From positions 2,108,001 to 2,172,000 of the forward strand of contig CM022671.1 in the NCBI GenBank assembly GCA_012295275.1: 64,000 bases of DNA, given 5' to 3'. Shown here piece by piece: positions 1 to 12,700 of the stretch. The position numbers were made by a program, and so were the translations under genes. How positions within the stretch are numbered: position 1 is the stretch's first letter; each line of letters begins with the position of its first letter. The DNA is from Chrysomallon squamiferum (lineage: Eukaryota > Animalia > Mollusca). The notes beneath the pieces were generated by a model. The model had not been told where the DNA came from. It made no database searches and worked only from the letters and a program-made list of their open reading frames with translations.

Positions 1-133
1 TTACACGTTCCGCTCTGGCGATCGCACTGTTTGCAACTGCTACAATTCATATTACAGTGTTTTCCATAATATCCCGGCATGCAGCGTTAGCAGAAACCTT
101 GACAATAGGAGCAGTGTTGTTGACGGCTTATAG
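1..133 (-). pseudogene. EGF-like repeat exon (minus-strand subfamily) with in-frame stop, truncated by window edge
   Basis: After a ttattag acceptor (AG at 135-134) the reverse strand reads ISRQQHCSYCQGFC*RCMPGYYGKHCNMNCSSCKQCDRQSGTC. It has the CxxGxxGxxC EGF/laminin-EGF motif and a TAA at 89-87. Confidence 0.75.
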
Positions 134-281
134 CTAATAATGAAAATTAAAAAAAAGAAACACACATCATTATATTTATGTATGTGAATTCTTGTGTCAG
201 AGTTGATTTTACATCAGTGCGAAAGATGAGATACCAAAATGTAAATAATCAAATAACATTCTCACTGATTTCACATTCAGA

Positions 282-3023
282 TTAAAGGTATTCATCACTG
301 ACAGCTGATGGAGTCATTACACCAAGGTCTGTAAAAAGGAGAGTGAGATACGCAGGTGGTGTATAATCAACCATTGGATGCTCCTTAGTTAAATCTTGAC
401 AAGATTTCAGTGCAGATGCTTGATACTGGAAAACAGCAATAACATAAACAAAAACATTAATAAAATAATAAAATACTTTAGAAATAACTTTTTTTTATAT
501 AACAGTGTAAGGTCCTAGTAATTTAATAAAAATAAACATTATAATTTTATTAAATGTAGTAAATATATAATGAATGTGATGAAACTGATTTCACTCTTGT
601 GAACCAAATAACTCAAGATAAAAAGATTATTTATCATTTCACAAATATAATAAGTGAATTCTAGTAATACAAAAGTAAATAAAATAATGAAATATAGACA
701 AATCAAACAGAGAGATAGATAGATTACAGAAATATATAATTAAAATGAATAAAAGGGAGAAAAGTAGGGTAATGAAAAAAATGAAACCAAATAAACAAAG
801 AAAAAAGAAAATAAATTATTTTAAAAAGTGATAAAAATATGAATCTATTTCATGTTACCTTAAACTGATTTGGAATATCCTGCTGATTCAGAGGATAGAG
901 TCGAACAAACTTAAAACTTTCAGCAACTACGTACACTGGTTTATTCATAGCTTTAGCTTATATGGCCATTGTGTATGTTCCTATCTGTACAGAAACAATA
1001 ACAGAAGCATTAAAGTGTACCTCACATGATATAAACAAATGCTGATAACTATTTTTCATACACCTACATGAATATTTGATTTGTTTCTTGTCACAAGTCT
1101 GTATTAATAATACATTATTATAGTAAAATAATAAACTTCCACACATGAACTGACATTTTTCTCTTCTCCACTTGCCATTTTCCAACAGTTTACTCAGGCA
1201 ATCAGATTTTTAACATATTTCTATTTATCTAAATCTCAGTCCTGTTACATCTTCATAAACCTGTTACTTTATTGTTATCTTTTCTTGCTAGCTAAAACTG
1301 ACTGTCAGAAGAACTTGGAAGTATACATAATATCATCATCATCATCTTCAACATTATTATTATTATTACATCATTATGGTCAACACTTATGATGGACACA
1401 AAATAAATGTTAACTAGATACCTTATTTATAATTCCTCCACTTTCTACTACTCCTTCAACACCTACCAAAACAAGGTCCACTTTTTCCATTACATACCTA
1501 AATAAGCATAACAAAAATATTTGAAGCAAGATTCTACAAGACTATATTTCAAATACTTGATACAAAAATACAAAATTATTTAAACACAAAAATATATATT
1601 CAGAAGAAAAAAAAAGACAATCAGAAAAAGATATAATGAACTTTAAAAGCCAGAACTGATTAAATAGATTACCGTTATGATTATGAAAATTTAATATAGC
1701 CATACAGACAGAAATAGAGAGCCAGATAAACAGACAGAGATGGGGAGGGAGATAAAAATGTGGGTATTTGTCAAATAAGGAAATAATGATTGTTAGAAAG
1801 AATTCATTTTTGAAATCAACTTACCCTACTGCAGAATCCAAAACAACAGTCGTGGGAATACCAAGAGCAGATAACTCTTTGTATGTCTGACACCTGAAAA
1901 ACCATAAATACACCTGCTACTTTCATTTTAACTGAATAATAAATTTCACTTGTTTTGTTGTTGTTTCTCCTGCTTTGGAGGGTTGTTTTCTTTTAATAGT
2001 AAATAAATATAAAGATAACAGAAAATAAAGAATGAAACAACTCTCACATACACAGAACTAGAAAGAATCAATGATATAGATACAACAAGAATATTTACCA
2101 GCTCCAGCTGCAAATATATTTCTGATTTATAATCTGAATAAGTTAACCCTTCTAAAATTCATTTTGTCATGTATTTATTTTTTGTTTGTTTTTCTTTTGT
2201 CATAGTGTCACCATACATTTTCACAACCTTATTGTATTTTATTAATAACAAAAACTGTAACAGTATTAAATAACACAATGATCTGGATATATATGAAATA
2301 CATTTAGAATATTATTCTGTGTAACATCAAGGCTGATGTTAACAACCAATATCCAGTGTTTTCTTTAAGCCTAGGTTTCATTATCTATTTCAACAATAAT
2401 TCATTTTCTTTTCTTTTTTAAACAGAAAGACAAAATGAGAATCTTTTGAGAAAATTCTGTGAAACAGGTTTTCTAAATATATTAGAGAGAATATTTTTTT
2501 TAAAATAAAATAAAATATTAATACATGAAAAAAGAAAATATTTTGAGTAAGATGACAATAAATTTACATAATGATATAAATAAAAGATAATATTAAACAG
2601 ATGAATGTTGGTTTTAAATATTTTTACCCTGATTTGTCAGGAAGAGATTCTATGACATAGACTTTAAATCTTTTCTTGGCTTCTGCAGCCTCCTTTAATA
2701 TTTGAAGTACAACTCTTGATCGTGAATGTGTTAATACCGTCTACAAACAAGATAATTATAATATAACATTATTATTAATAATTATGAAAATGACTGTGAT
2801 AATAATAATTGAAAGTACTAGCAGTTGCAATAAATCCAGTAATTTACAACAATAATAAAAGTTACCATGCCACAGCAAAAATTCAAAACTAACTAATTAT
2901 TAACCTTAACTAAGTGTATTGACCAAAGATCTTAAGGGCCAGTATAGATAAAAACTGGATAACAACAGACGAAGAAAGAGACAATATATGTCTAAAGATA
3001 TGTGTATGTGTGTATATATATGA

Positions 3024-3075
<52 letters not shown>

Positions 3076-4530
3076 TGAGGATTTCAGAAAATTATTTTAT
3101 AAAGGTTGCAGGTCTAGAAGGATCTTTGAATAATTTATATCTGGTTAGTACAGACTAGTTTCCATTAAATAAATTCATGGACACTATATTATCAATTGTA
3201 ATCTTTTGTTTGTCTTTGAATTTTGGATATTAGAACTTTTAAATTTAAGCCTGAGTTATATTTATATTGATATTTAAGGCCTGAATATAATTTATGATTA
3301 CAAGCAAGGGGGAGACAACTTACTGCTCCATCTGTAATAAATGGATGAGCTAATCTGGCAATCTTCTGATGGGAACTTGCAACATTTTGAAGAAATAAAT
3401 TCCCTTGCTGTACCAGAATTTTTTGACATTCTTGAAAATCCCAAAACAGAAATCACTGTAATTAAATAAAGCGATCTCTAAAATAACTATAAATTATTAT
3501 GTTTGTGTATGTGTGTGTGTGCATGTGTGTGTATGTGTAGCTGTGTGTATGTAATTATGATATACATTATCTGATAATGAATATTAGACCACTATAAAAA
3601 CTTGTTAAATGGCATAATAAATAAATGTATGTTACAGTTAACTTACACTAAATGAGAAGAAAATTAATAATTTCAAAATTAATGGATCAATTTTATTATG
3701 TCTTCTTTCAAAAGGACAGAGATAAAACAGAGGAAACATTAATGGCTACTGGGTGACAAACCTAACACAGATTGCAAATCTCTCATCCAAAACCTAAATG
3801 TTTTCTGAGCCTCTGAGACAGTGATTCATTACAAATTATTTTATTTTATTTTAGCCTCTGAAATTAAAGTTTCAGACTTGCTCCTTAATGTGAAGATCAT
3901 ATTGGAAGGCGTGTTTGATAGAATCAATACTTACTGAATGCTGAATATTTGCCAGTGTGATAAATCTTAAGAAGAGTTCACATCCAGATGAAATTGATGT
4001 GACACTGCTTTCTGTTTGACTCAGGGTATTTATAGCATCCTTCAGTCGAGCTCTCATCTCAGCTAATGTCTCAACTGTATAATAATAATAATAATAATAA
4101 TAATAGTTGTTACTCCCATTTCAAAATCTCCTACAGCACTGCCATTCAGAGGCATCACTGCATACTCCTCAAACAATAGAATGAACAGGAAGAAAAGAAC
4201 AGATATCAGTGTTACTGTTACAGTGTTAGCTTTGTTTTGAGTTAAAAATATTGAGCATGTTTTATAAAAGCATTTCTTTGTTTCTATAATTTTACAACAG
4301 ACAAGACATAGTAAATGACAAATAAATATTAATACATTATATTATTTATACCAATAATTGCTGTAACTAACCTATTAGTATCAGAGTAACTATAAACTAC
4401 AGCCTTAATTCTTAATTATTTTTTCCATTTCATTTCTGAAAGTTTTCGTGTTTATATTTTTTTCCTTGTAGTGATATCGATACAAAATATAAAAAGTGTT
4501 TAAAATGCAGATTATACCTTCCTTATTCAT
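282..4530 (-). pseudogene. EIF2B1: Translation initiation factor eIF2B subunit alpha, copy 1, disabled
   Basis: Exons 4530-4518 (MNKE), 4074-3935 (SGCELFLRFITL), 3440-3324 (AHPFITDGA), 2740-2628 ([11 protein letters not shown]), 1893-1825 (VLDSAVG), 1497-1422 (VESGGIINK), 984-859 ([21 protein letters not shown]) and 425-282 ([23 protein letters not shown]). Lesions: in-frame TAA at 960-958, acceptor at 3441-3442 reads GG rather than AG, no exon 2 found, and C-terminus shortened to SDEYL*. Confidence 0.93.
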
Positions 4531-4582
4531 GTTCAACAGTGTTTCAGTTTTGTTTTTGATCCGAATAAAAAAAAGTTTTAAG
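4531..4582. promoter_or_regulatory. Putative bidirectional promoter remnant between EIF2B1 and GTF2H3 start codons
   Basis: EIF2B1 ATG at 4530-4528 (-) and candidate GTF2H3 ATG at 4583 (+, ATGGTGGTTTCG; ATGGCGGTTTCG in copy 2) diverge 52 bp apart. The GTF2H3 exon-1 splice phase could not be reconciled with exon 2. Confidence 0.45.
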
Positions 4583-5213
4583 ATGGTGGTTTCGTCAGGA
4601 ATCAGGGTGGGAGTTAAGTTCCCTATTTAGTCATTGTTACGCTGCCCATGTAGATTAAGAAATGACGAGATGCCAGTTGATAGCTTTTTGTTCCGTTTCT
4701 CTGGCAGAAGTGATTTTGCAGTAAATAAACTAGGCACAAAAACGAAGTTATTGTTACATTTCATTAAGCAGATATAACTGTTAATTAGGAGCGGTATGCA
4801 TCAATATATATTTTTTGTTTCTTTATTCAAGTTTAACAGGAACAACATTTTTATTTTACAGTTTTACTTTGACTGTTATAGTGTTAAGAATAAACTATTA
4901 AACAATTTAAAGTATTATTAACAATTACTATAACTAGTATTAATATTACTAATAATTAGTAGTAGTAATACTAATAGAATAATAAAATATAAAAATAAAT
5001 AAATAAATGCTGTTTTTATATATTTTTTCTAGTCAGGGCCACATGATCTCTTTATTAAAAATATTTATTTATTTATTTATTTATTTATTTTTTTTATATA
5101 CTTAATGAACACAGCTGATTAATAAAAAATCAGATGTGGTGTTGTTTAATAGTGGATGTTGTTAAATATCAATTTTTTTTTCTATTAAATACTTGTATGT
5201 GCAAAATGTTATA

Positions 5214-7530
5214 TAACTAAAACCTGAATGATCAATTCTGGATGCTAGGAATCACCATCTCTCTTGATCATCAAGTAAGACATTGTAGGCCTACATGTAT
5301 GCATAAAGTTCACATATAAAGGTTTCCTGGGTATAATATTTTTTGTTTAGCCATAATAGAGATTTAAAAAAATGCATACCTGCATGGATGATTGATACAA
5401 TGCATTACAATGTACATTTTTTCTGAGACTAAAAACTCATCTTTGGAGTTAAAACCCATCTGACATGTCTGAAGGAATGCCTGAAGGATATGAAAAGATG
5501 CCAAATGGCATGACATGTTGTACACAATCAGGCTCAAAGGGTTAACAGGAAGTGATGCTTCAGGCAGGTCAGGAACTCCTTTAGATTCCCTGGTGCAATC
5601 CCCATTGAACACATGGCAATTAGAAGTTTAAGACAAAGAAGTTTCTTCATCTGCATTTCTTTGACAATCTGAAGCTTTTTAAGTTGGACACAATGTCAGA
5701 TGTTGATATATAAACAATATTTTTATTTCATAAAACCTATTAAGTAATTTTATCATGTCATGTGGGCCTTGCCATTGGTTTTGAACAAGGTTTCAGTCAA
5801 CAACAGTACAACCCAGTCTGAAATCAGACGTCATCAAGTGATGTACTGCATAATGTATTTGTACACCCAGTCTTCGGCACAGAGTATGAACAAGGTCTAC
5901 TTCACCTTAATAAACTGTGATTTATACTTGAGAAGATTGACATAAATGCCCAAGACTTGTGGGCCTTTGGCAATCACACATGTACTCTGCTGCCATTTTA
6001 TGACCTGCTTAACTTTACTGAAAGGGTTTCAGGATTTGATTTAATATTTAGGAAAGCACTGACTTTGTTCTATTGAATTGAAGGTGCAGGCCAATACTGA
6101 AAACCTTATTTCTTCCAGGGCTAACTGCAGCTTTAACTCTCCTGAAAATGTGTGTTATCAACACCATCATATCAAAAAGGAGTTGTTGCGAAGTGTATGG
6201 AAAACTGAGGAAGTTGAACTCCTCACTCTTTGAAGTGGGATCAAAACACGGGACATCAAGAGTATCACGAACAAGAACTTTTCATCAAATTTTCAACATT
6301 GCAGAAAAACTGTTGTGATCCCCTTAATCGCCACCCTGAGCAAGCACGCACTAGATCTTTAAGAATTGTTAGCATGGGCACCTACAAATGCTTAGTAAAT
6401 CCTCCAAAGACACTAGTGCCAGGAGACAAGTTGTGCTTACCCTTCAGAAATCAAAGGTCCTGCAGAGGATGGCTTTAGTATGGGTGGTATTACAATGGGA
6501 GAATTTGGTGATAACTTGCCAGACAAACCGCTGGTTGCTGTTTCCCCAGAAAAGGACTTTGATTTGAATTCTATTCTGTCGAGTTTAGGTGAAACTCCTG
6601 TCAAACTCCATTCACTAGCAAATTCCAGTAAATGAATGAAAGGACAGAAAAAAACTAGCATCAGCTACAGTAACATTAAAATGACATCTTAATGTGTGAA
6701 TCCTACCCAGAGTGTGTGCAAATCTTGATTTTGTCACCCTTTACCATTGAAAGGACAATGAATTGACGGAGGAAATAATCCAATTTTATGAAAGTGATGA
6801 GAACAGTAGAATGTGTCTGGGAATGAAGGATACAGTGAGCATTTGAAACAAACATAGTGAGAAGGTTAAGCACCAGAAACACCTAGTTCTCTCAAATTTA
6901 TGTGAACTTTATGCATACATGTAGGCCTACAATGTCTTACTCGATGATCAAGAAAGATGGTGATCCCTAGCATCCAGAATTGATCATTCAGGTTTTAGTC
7001 AATCAGATGTTAATGGCTGAAAAGGTGTTATTTTCAGGTATGTGCATTTTTTAAATCTATATTGTGGCTAAACAAAAAATATTACACCCAGGAAACTTTT
7101 ATATGTTTTAGTTAACATGTGGGAGATTAAATTTCAATAAAGGTCATCTCAAGATCACGTGATCCACACGGTCAGTTTCAAGGTCATAGCAAAGGTCAAA
7201 AGGTCAAGGTACTCCAATATTTTCCAAACTAAACAAATATGGCAGATTTGGTATCCTTGTCATTTTGCCTTTCTAACAATACCAATTTTATGAAGATTGG
7301 CCCAGTAGTTCCTGAGATATGAGGGTTCTAAGGTTGGTGGTCACACCCATTTTTGGCAAAAATCTCAAAATTTGGTGGGCCGTATCTCCCACACCACTGG
7401 TCTGATTGAGCTAAAATTTCAGATTTGGTGCTGTGGGATCCCAGTCAACAAGTATACCAAGTTTTATAAAAATCTGAGACGGTCGGGTTTAAATTTCTTT
7501 TTTTTTCTGTGATTTGACACGGAATGACCC
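5214..7530 (+). mobile_element. Decayed, rearranged DNA transposon (Sola2-like, tentative) with ARL14-effector-like Cys-rich N-terminus
   Basis: Absent at the matching site in copy 2 (about 36220-36240). Broken frames: LQKNCCDPLNRH..LVPGDKLC (6230-6478), QFYESDENSRMCLGMKDTVSI (6781-6843) and KHQKHLVLSNLCELYA (about 6868-6915). Right end GATTTGACACGGAATGACCC is followed by TATA. The left part (5215-5382) is an inverted copy of pieces of 6901-7105. Confidence 0.75.
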
Positions 7531-9421
7531 TATATTATAGATAAAAATATCACCAGTTTTCTTGTCATTGCCCTGGACACAAATCCTGTTTGGTGGGGAG
7601 ATGATGAAAATGTGGAAGCTGGAAAGGTATAAAATAAAATTATATATATATACATATATAAAGTAAGAAATATGTTTATAAAATAAGAAAGAAGGTGAAA
7701 GGTAAGTATAACAACGTTGATATTAACTTCATGAATTAGAATTTTGTATTCTGTAATTTCTGTTTGAGGTGTATTCTAACATTTTTTTATTAAAAGTAGG
7801 CATGTATATCCCCCAAAAACACAAAACAACAACACGGTAATCATACACACTGTATTATAATTAATAGTATAAAATTAATATGTGGATCTACTAATATATG
7901 CAATATGGTAGTTTTTGTATTGTTTTTGCCGATTAGTCTTTCAAAGTGCATGGATGCTGTCATGGTATTTGCAAATTCTCACCTTATGCTCAGTCATGAA
8001 AATAAACTTGCTGTGATAGCAGCACACACCAATCAGAGGTGAGTTTACACTAACAAACAACTAAATAATTTAATATGTGATTAAAGGAACAGATAATTTA
8101 TTATTGTATAAATATGACTTAGGAACAATGCTCTGCTATTTATTATTTTCAATAGTATTAACCATTAAAGGTTGGTTATTTCTAAATACTTAGAAAATAA
8201 TTATACAATTCTGAGTCAGTTTATATATCTTCTTTTTAGACTTGTTATATCATATATTTGAATTTATGATAAATTAAGACCATTTCTGTATCCAGATCTT
8301 ATTATTTGCTTTATAATTCAACAAAGGAAACCATTCCATTATATTTATTCTTGGTTAACTCTTGAGAAATACATATGTGGTATTGTTTTAAATTAAATTA
8401 TATTTTTAATATTTGTTTTGCTATTTTTTCATGACCATGTAATGGCATATTTCATTTACTTTTTATTTATTATTTTACAATTAGGCAACTAAATGTTGTA
8501 AATATTGTGATATGTTGTGTTCTACCTTTGGAATGCAGTCAGTATCATCGTGATATATCTAATACTCATTAGTAACATCAGATATTTACAACTGATCATT
8601 TCATTTGGATATTTTCACCTATTTTTGAAAACATTATACATGAAGTATACTTTCATGCTGCTAAAATAATATACTATTTCAGTCAGTTCTTATATCCAAA
8701 ACATGATACAACACACAGTGGACAAGGCAACAGTCCTGCAGATATGGCTAATGATGGAAAGTATGAGTTATTTGGTCTGGTGGATGGCTACCTTCAGTCA
8801 GAGATGAAAAAACTTGTTATTAGCAGTAAGTCTTTATTATAGTTGGATGTGTGGAGTTAACCGTTAGGCCCAGAATGATGGGATATTAATAATTATAATA
8901 TTTCTATTTTTAATAGAACCACTTTTCAGTTTTTATGGATGTTCTTTCACTGTAAGAATTGAGCTATTATATAAAATTTGCAAGATGCAACTTTTTAATT
9001 TGAAAAAGAAAATCAGATAAATTAATACATGAAACCACTTTGTCTTGTTAAATTCATCAACAAATTTAGGAACAGATCAAATTAAAACTTAAAATTAATG
9101 ATGTCTTTTTTATCAGAGAACAATTGTTTTCTGTAAAATAAACTCATGGACGCTATATTGTACAGTTATGATTGTGTGTCTTTGTATGCAGTTAAAATGG
9201 GTTTTGGGTGTTAGAACTTTTAAATTTAAGTATGTATTAAGCATGTATAATTTATGGTTACAAGCAAGGGATAGATAATGTACTGCTTTATATGTAATCA
9301 ATCGATGAGCAAATCTGGAAATATTTTATTTACTTATTTGTATTTATAAATAATTTAGGTTTGGAAAGTTAACTCTTTCCTGATTCATTGATTGCTGGAG
9401 CTACGACAATGGTATTGGGCT

Positions 9422-9730
9422 CTATCCTCTTCATTGAAATTCTTCTGAATTCTAATTTTAAATATTGTGAATTAAAAAAATGTTATTTGTTTCTTGTCAC
9501 ACAACAAATGGACAATTTTTTAGTACAGCTGGTTATCAGACATAAAGAACAGAAGAAAAAAAATAGGTGTTAACTGACACAATATAGCAAAAACTGGATT
9601 ACCAAAGATCATGATCTATAATAAAAAAGAAACTTCGGAAATTCACAAAATGTGTTTACAGATTAGGTTTCACTGATCTGTTATTTGAAGAGATTGTACT
9701 ATTTCTGTGTTTCCCTAACTGTAATTTAAG
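9422..9730 (+). other. U12-type (minor spliceosome) intron of GTF2H3 with mutated donor
   Basis: 5' end CTATCCTC versus U12 consensus GTATCCTT. Branch site TTCCCTAAC at 9711-9719, about 10 nt before the AG at 9729-9730, with no polypyrimidine tract after it. Same features in copy 2 (about 35089-35394). Confidence 0.7.
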
Positions 9731-12700
9731 ATATTGACAGAATGGAGAAAGAAGGTTCATTTGATCAGACACTGTCTGCAAGGATTTTGGTAAATGAAAT
9801 AAACATTTTCACAACCACATTTATAGTTATTTATATACACATGCCTACATAAAATATTTATTACACTTACCATTTCCTGATTTTAATCTCTGTCTGCATG
9901 TTGGTGTTTTTATTTATATCTCATTGCCAGACTGGAAGAATATTTTGAAATATGTATGTAATTTAATTGTTTAATCAAGTATAATAAAATTTTGTTTTAT
10001 TGATAATGAAAATGTTACATATTGTTTTTCTGTTCAAATCGTCTATGCTGCATATCATAAGTTTAAATATACGTTTCTTTGTTGATAGGTAATCAAAGGT
10101 TCTGAAGACAATAGTACTCTGTATATGAACTTTGTGAACAATGGTTTTTCTGCACAGAAACAGGCAATCAGTAGTTCAGCAACTAGAACACAGGTCTGAA
10201 ATATAATACACTTTTTCCCATTCTAAACCAACATCACTTGTACTAAACATATGTTCATTAAATAATTTGGATGTAATTATTTTCCCTTGCTACTGTTTCT
10301 GGAGATTTATAGCTCAATATACATCTTGTAGGCCAGATGGATAAAGGTTCATATAAGGAATCTTCTTAAGCCTAATTCAGAAGTAATTAAAAATTTAAAT
10401 GATTTTTCAATTACTATTTATTTTTCTGTTTCAGAATGTTTTTGTTGATGCTTGTGTTCTCGATAATGAATCGGGATTGCTTCAACAGGTCTGTTACAAT
10501 TACCCGTTTATTTGTAAAAATATATTTTTTGATAACCTTTCCTTCCTCAGTTCCTGATATACAAAATAATAGTAATAAATAAATTGTTTTCATAATTATT
10601 TATAAAACAAAAACCTAACAACAGTCATCAGTTTAAGTTTCAGAATTATACCTGGTAAACTGTGTTATCTATCTAACAGTGTATGTGATAAATATGTAAA
10701 AAAGAAAAATAATAATCATTTTAAGAATACAGAACTGAAATCATAATGTTTTGTTTTATTAGCTGATTTATTTTACAAGGCTTGTGACATAAGAGGAGGT
10801 ATATATTTAGAGATTCCACAAATGGCAGGACTTCTACAGTACCTCTTTGTAAGTTCTATAGGATGTGATAGCTTTTCTTTGTAACTAGCTTTGTGTTGTT
10901 CTTGTTGCTCTTAATAACTAAATATTAATAATATTTTACTGTCTTCAGTATTGAATGTCTTGAATATGCAAAAACTCGTGTTTGACATCAAATATTATTA
11001 ATTATTAATAGTTAAAAGTTTAGGTGTTGTTACTCTTGCTTATTTTTCAGTGGATTTTCCTGCCTGATCCCAATATCCGTTCCAAACTGACTTTGCCTCC
11101 AAAAGCTCAGGTGGATTACCGAGCAGCTTGTTTCTGTCATCGAAATCTTATAGACATTGGTTATGTATGTTCTGTATGTTTATCTAGTAGGTGTTTTTTT
11201 TTCATGCATTTAATACAAAGAATGTTTTTTGTTGTTGTGGTTTTCTTCATATTAATTTTTACAGTTATTTATTATTTTTAGTGTAAAAAAAGAAAAGATC
11301 TAAATTTCAAATTTACAGAAATATTTTATTGCCAACTATATTTAATTCTGATTATTAGGAAAAATGTTAGTTTTCTAAGTGAAAATTGGAAGATCAAATC
11401 ATAATGATAATGTATTCAGAACAAAAAGTATATTTAACTAACTGGTTTCCAGTCAAGAAATGATATTCAGTAAGCTGATGGGTATAATAATGAAAACTAT
11501 AATTTTTCTGAAGTGGGACTGTTACTATTTGTATCATTGTTACTATAATTGAATTATTATTTATTGACTGCCTGTATTAAATTAACTGTTAATTAGATAT
11601 TAATAAAATTGTTTTCCATTTACAGTATTGTGTACATTTAGTCCCATTTGTTCAACATGTCAGTAAGTATTTTTCTTCTGAAGCATTGAAATAACTCTCT
11701 CTTTACTTCTCTGATACTTGCAAAAACAGACAGCATACTTACTTATTGGCTACATTTGTAATGGAGTTAGCTAACTGCAATCTGTGTTACAGAAACTAGT
11801 CTTGTCATTACTAAATGGTAATTTGAATTTCTTTCCATTCTACTTATTTTTACTTTGAAAGTCTCTAATTTACACGATTTGATGTTGGAAAGATTTAAAT
11901 AACGTAAAATAGGTCAGAATACTTTTAGAAACATGAAGGAAGTTCAGTAGATTCTGTTACTTTAAAGTCATTGTTTCAGCTGAGTACAGTTGCCATTTGG
12001 TTATTTCATGTTTAATGCTTATATGATTGGTTATTATTTTTATTCATATTTGTAATGATAATAAAAAGTATAGATGTAAGTTGCATAAATTAATTAATTT
12101 AAATTCTAAGTTTATTATTTGTCTTGGTTTACTTCAGGACTGCTTTCAAACTTTTGGGTCCACAAAAGCTGGGAAAGAAGAAATCAAAGAAAACAGCAAT
12201 ACGAAGATATTAAAAATAAATGTCATCACAAAAAATAACATCAATTTGCTAATTTTGATATTGTGTGTATATGTATGAAAAGCTGGATACTTTGAAAAAT
12301 GTGACACATATTTATAAATATTATTAAGAAAATATGACAATTGTAAAATATGTGTATAACCATTTAGTTATTTAATAAATCCTGACATTGGATAAACCAG
12401 TTTCATCAGAAAACAGCCTAATGGGTTTATATTATTATTATTTGTCATCATGTTAATTTTTCAAAATGTTAATAAGTGTGCTAAATAAATTTGTTGGCCG
12501 TTTTACCTGTAGACTAATGTGTTAAGTAAAAAAAAAAAGAATTACATAATAATAATATTTATATGAACTCTGTGAATTACAACAGCGAACATTTGATTAA
12601 ATACATTTGACAAATATCTGCGAGTTCTTCAAGACGGACTGATCAAAGTGTGGGCTACATACCTCCCTGTCTACGGCTAGATTCATATCAGAGATAACAG

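Larger units (their letters stand above)
4583..12213 (+). pseudogene. GTF2H3: General transcription factor IIH subunit 3 (p34/Tfb4), copy 1, disabled
   Basis: Exons 7541-7626 (LVIALDTNPVWWG), 7932-8038 (SKCMDAVMVFANSHL..NKLAVIA), 8683-8825 (DGKYELF), 9359-9421, 9731-9789, 10089-10163 (YMNF..AQKQ), 10435-10488 (DACVLD..SGLLQQ), 10780-10848 (ACDI.GGIY), 11051-11186 ([25 protein letters not shown]), 11626-11662 (FSPICSTC) and 12138-12213. Lesions: acceptor CG at 7930-7931, TAA at 9370-9372, donor CT at 9422. The start codon is tentative. Confidence 0.93.

Noticed and set aside
958-960. Stop-codon readthrough or RNA editing rescuing EIF2B1 copy 1
   Set aside because: The paralog has TCA, A-to-I editing cannot restore it, and independent splice-site lesions also exist.
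4100-4210. Possible EIF2B1 exon 2 or intronic snoRNA
   Set aside because: No eIF2B-alpha-like peptide in the frames checked, no convincing box C/D or H/ACA layout, and poor conservation in copy 2.
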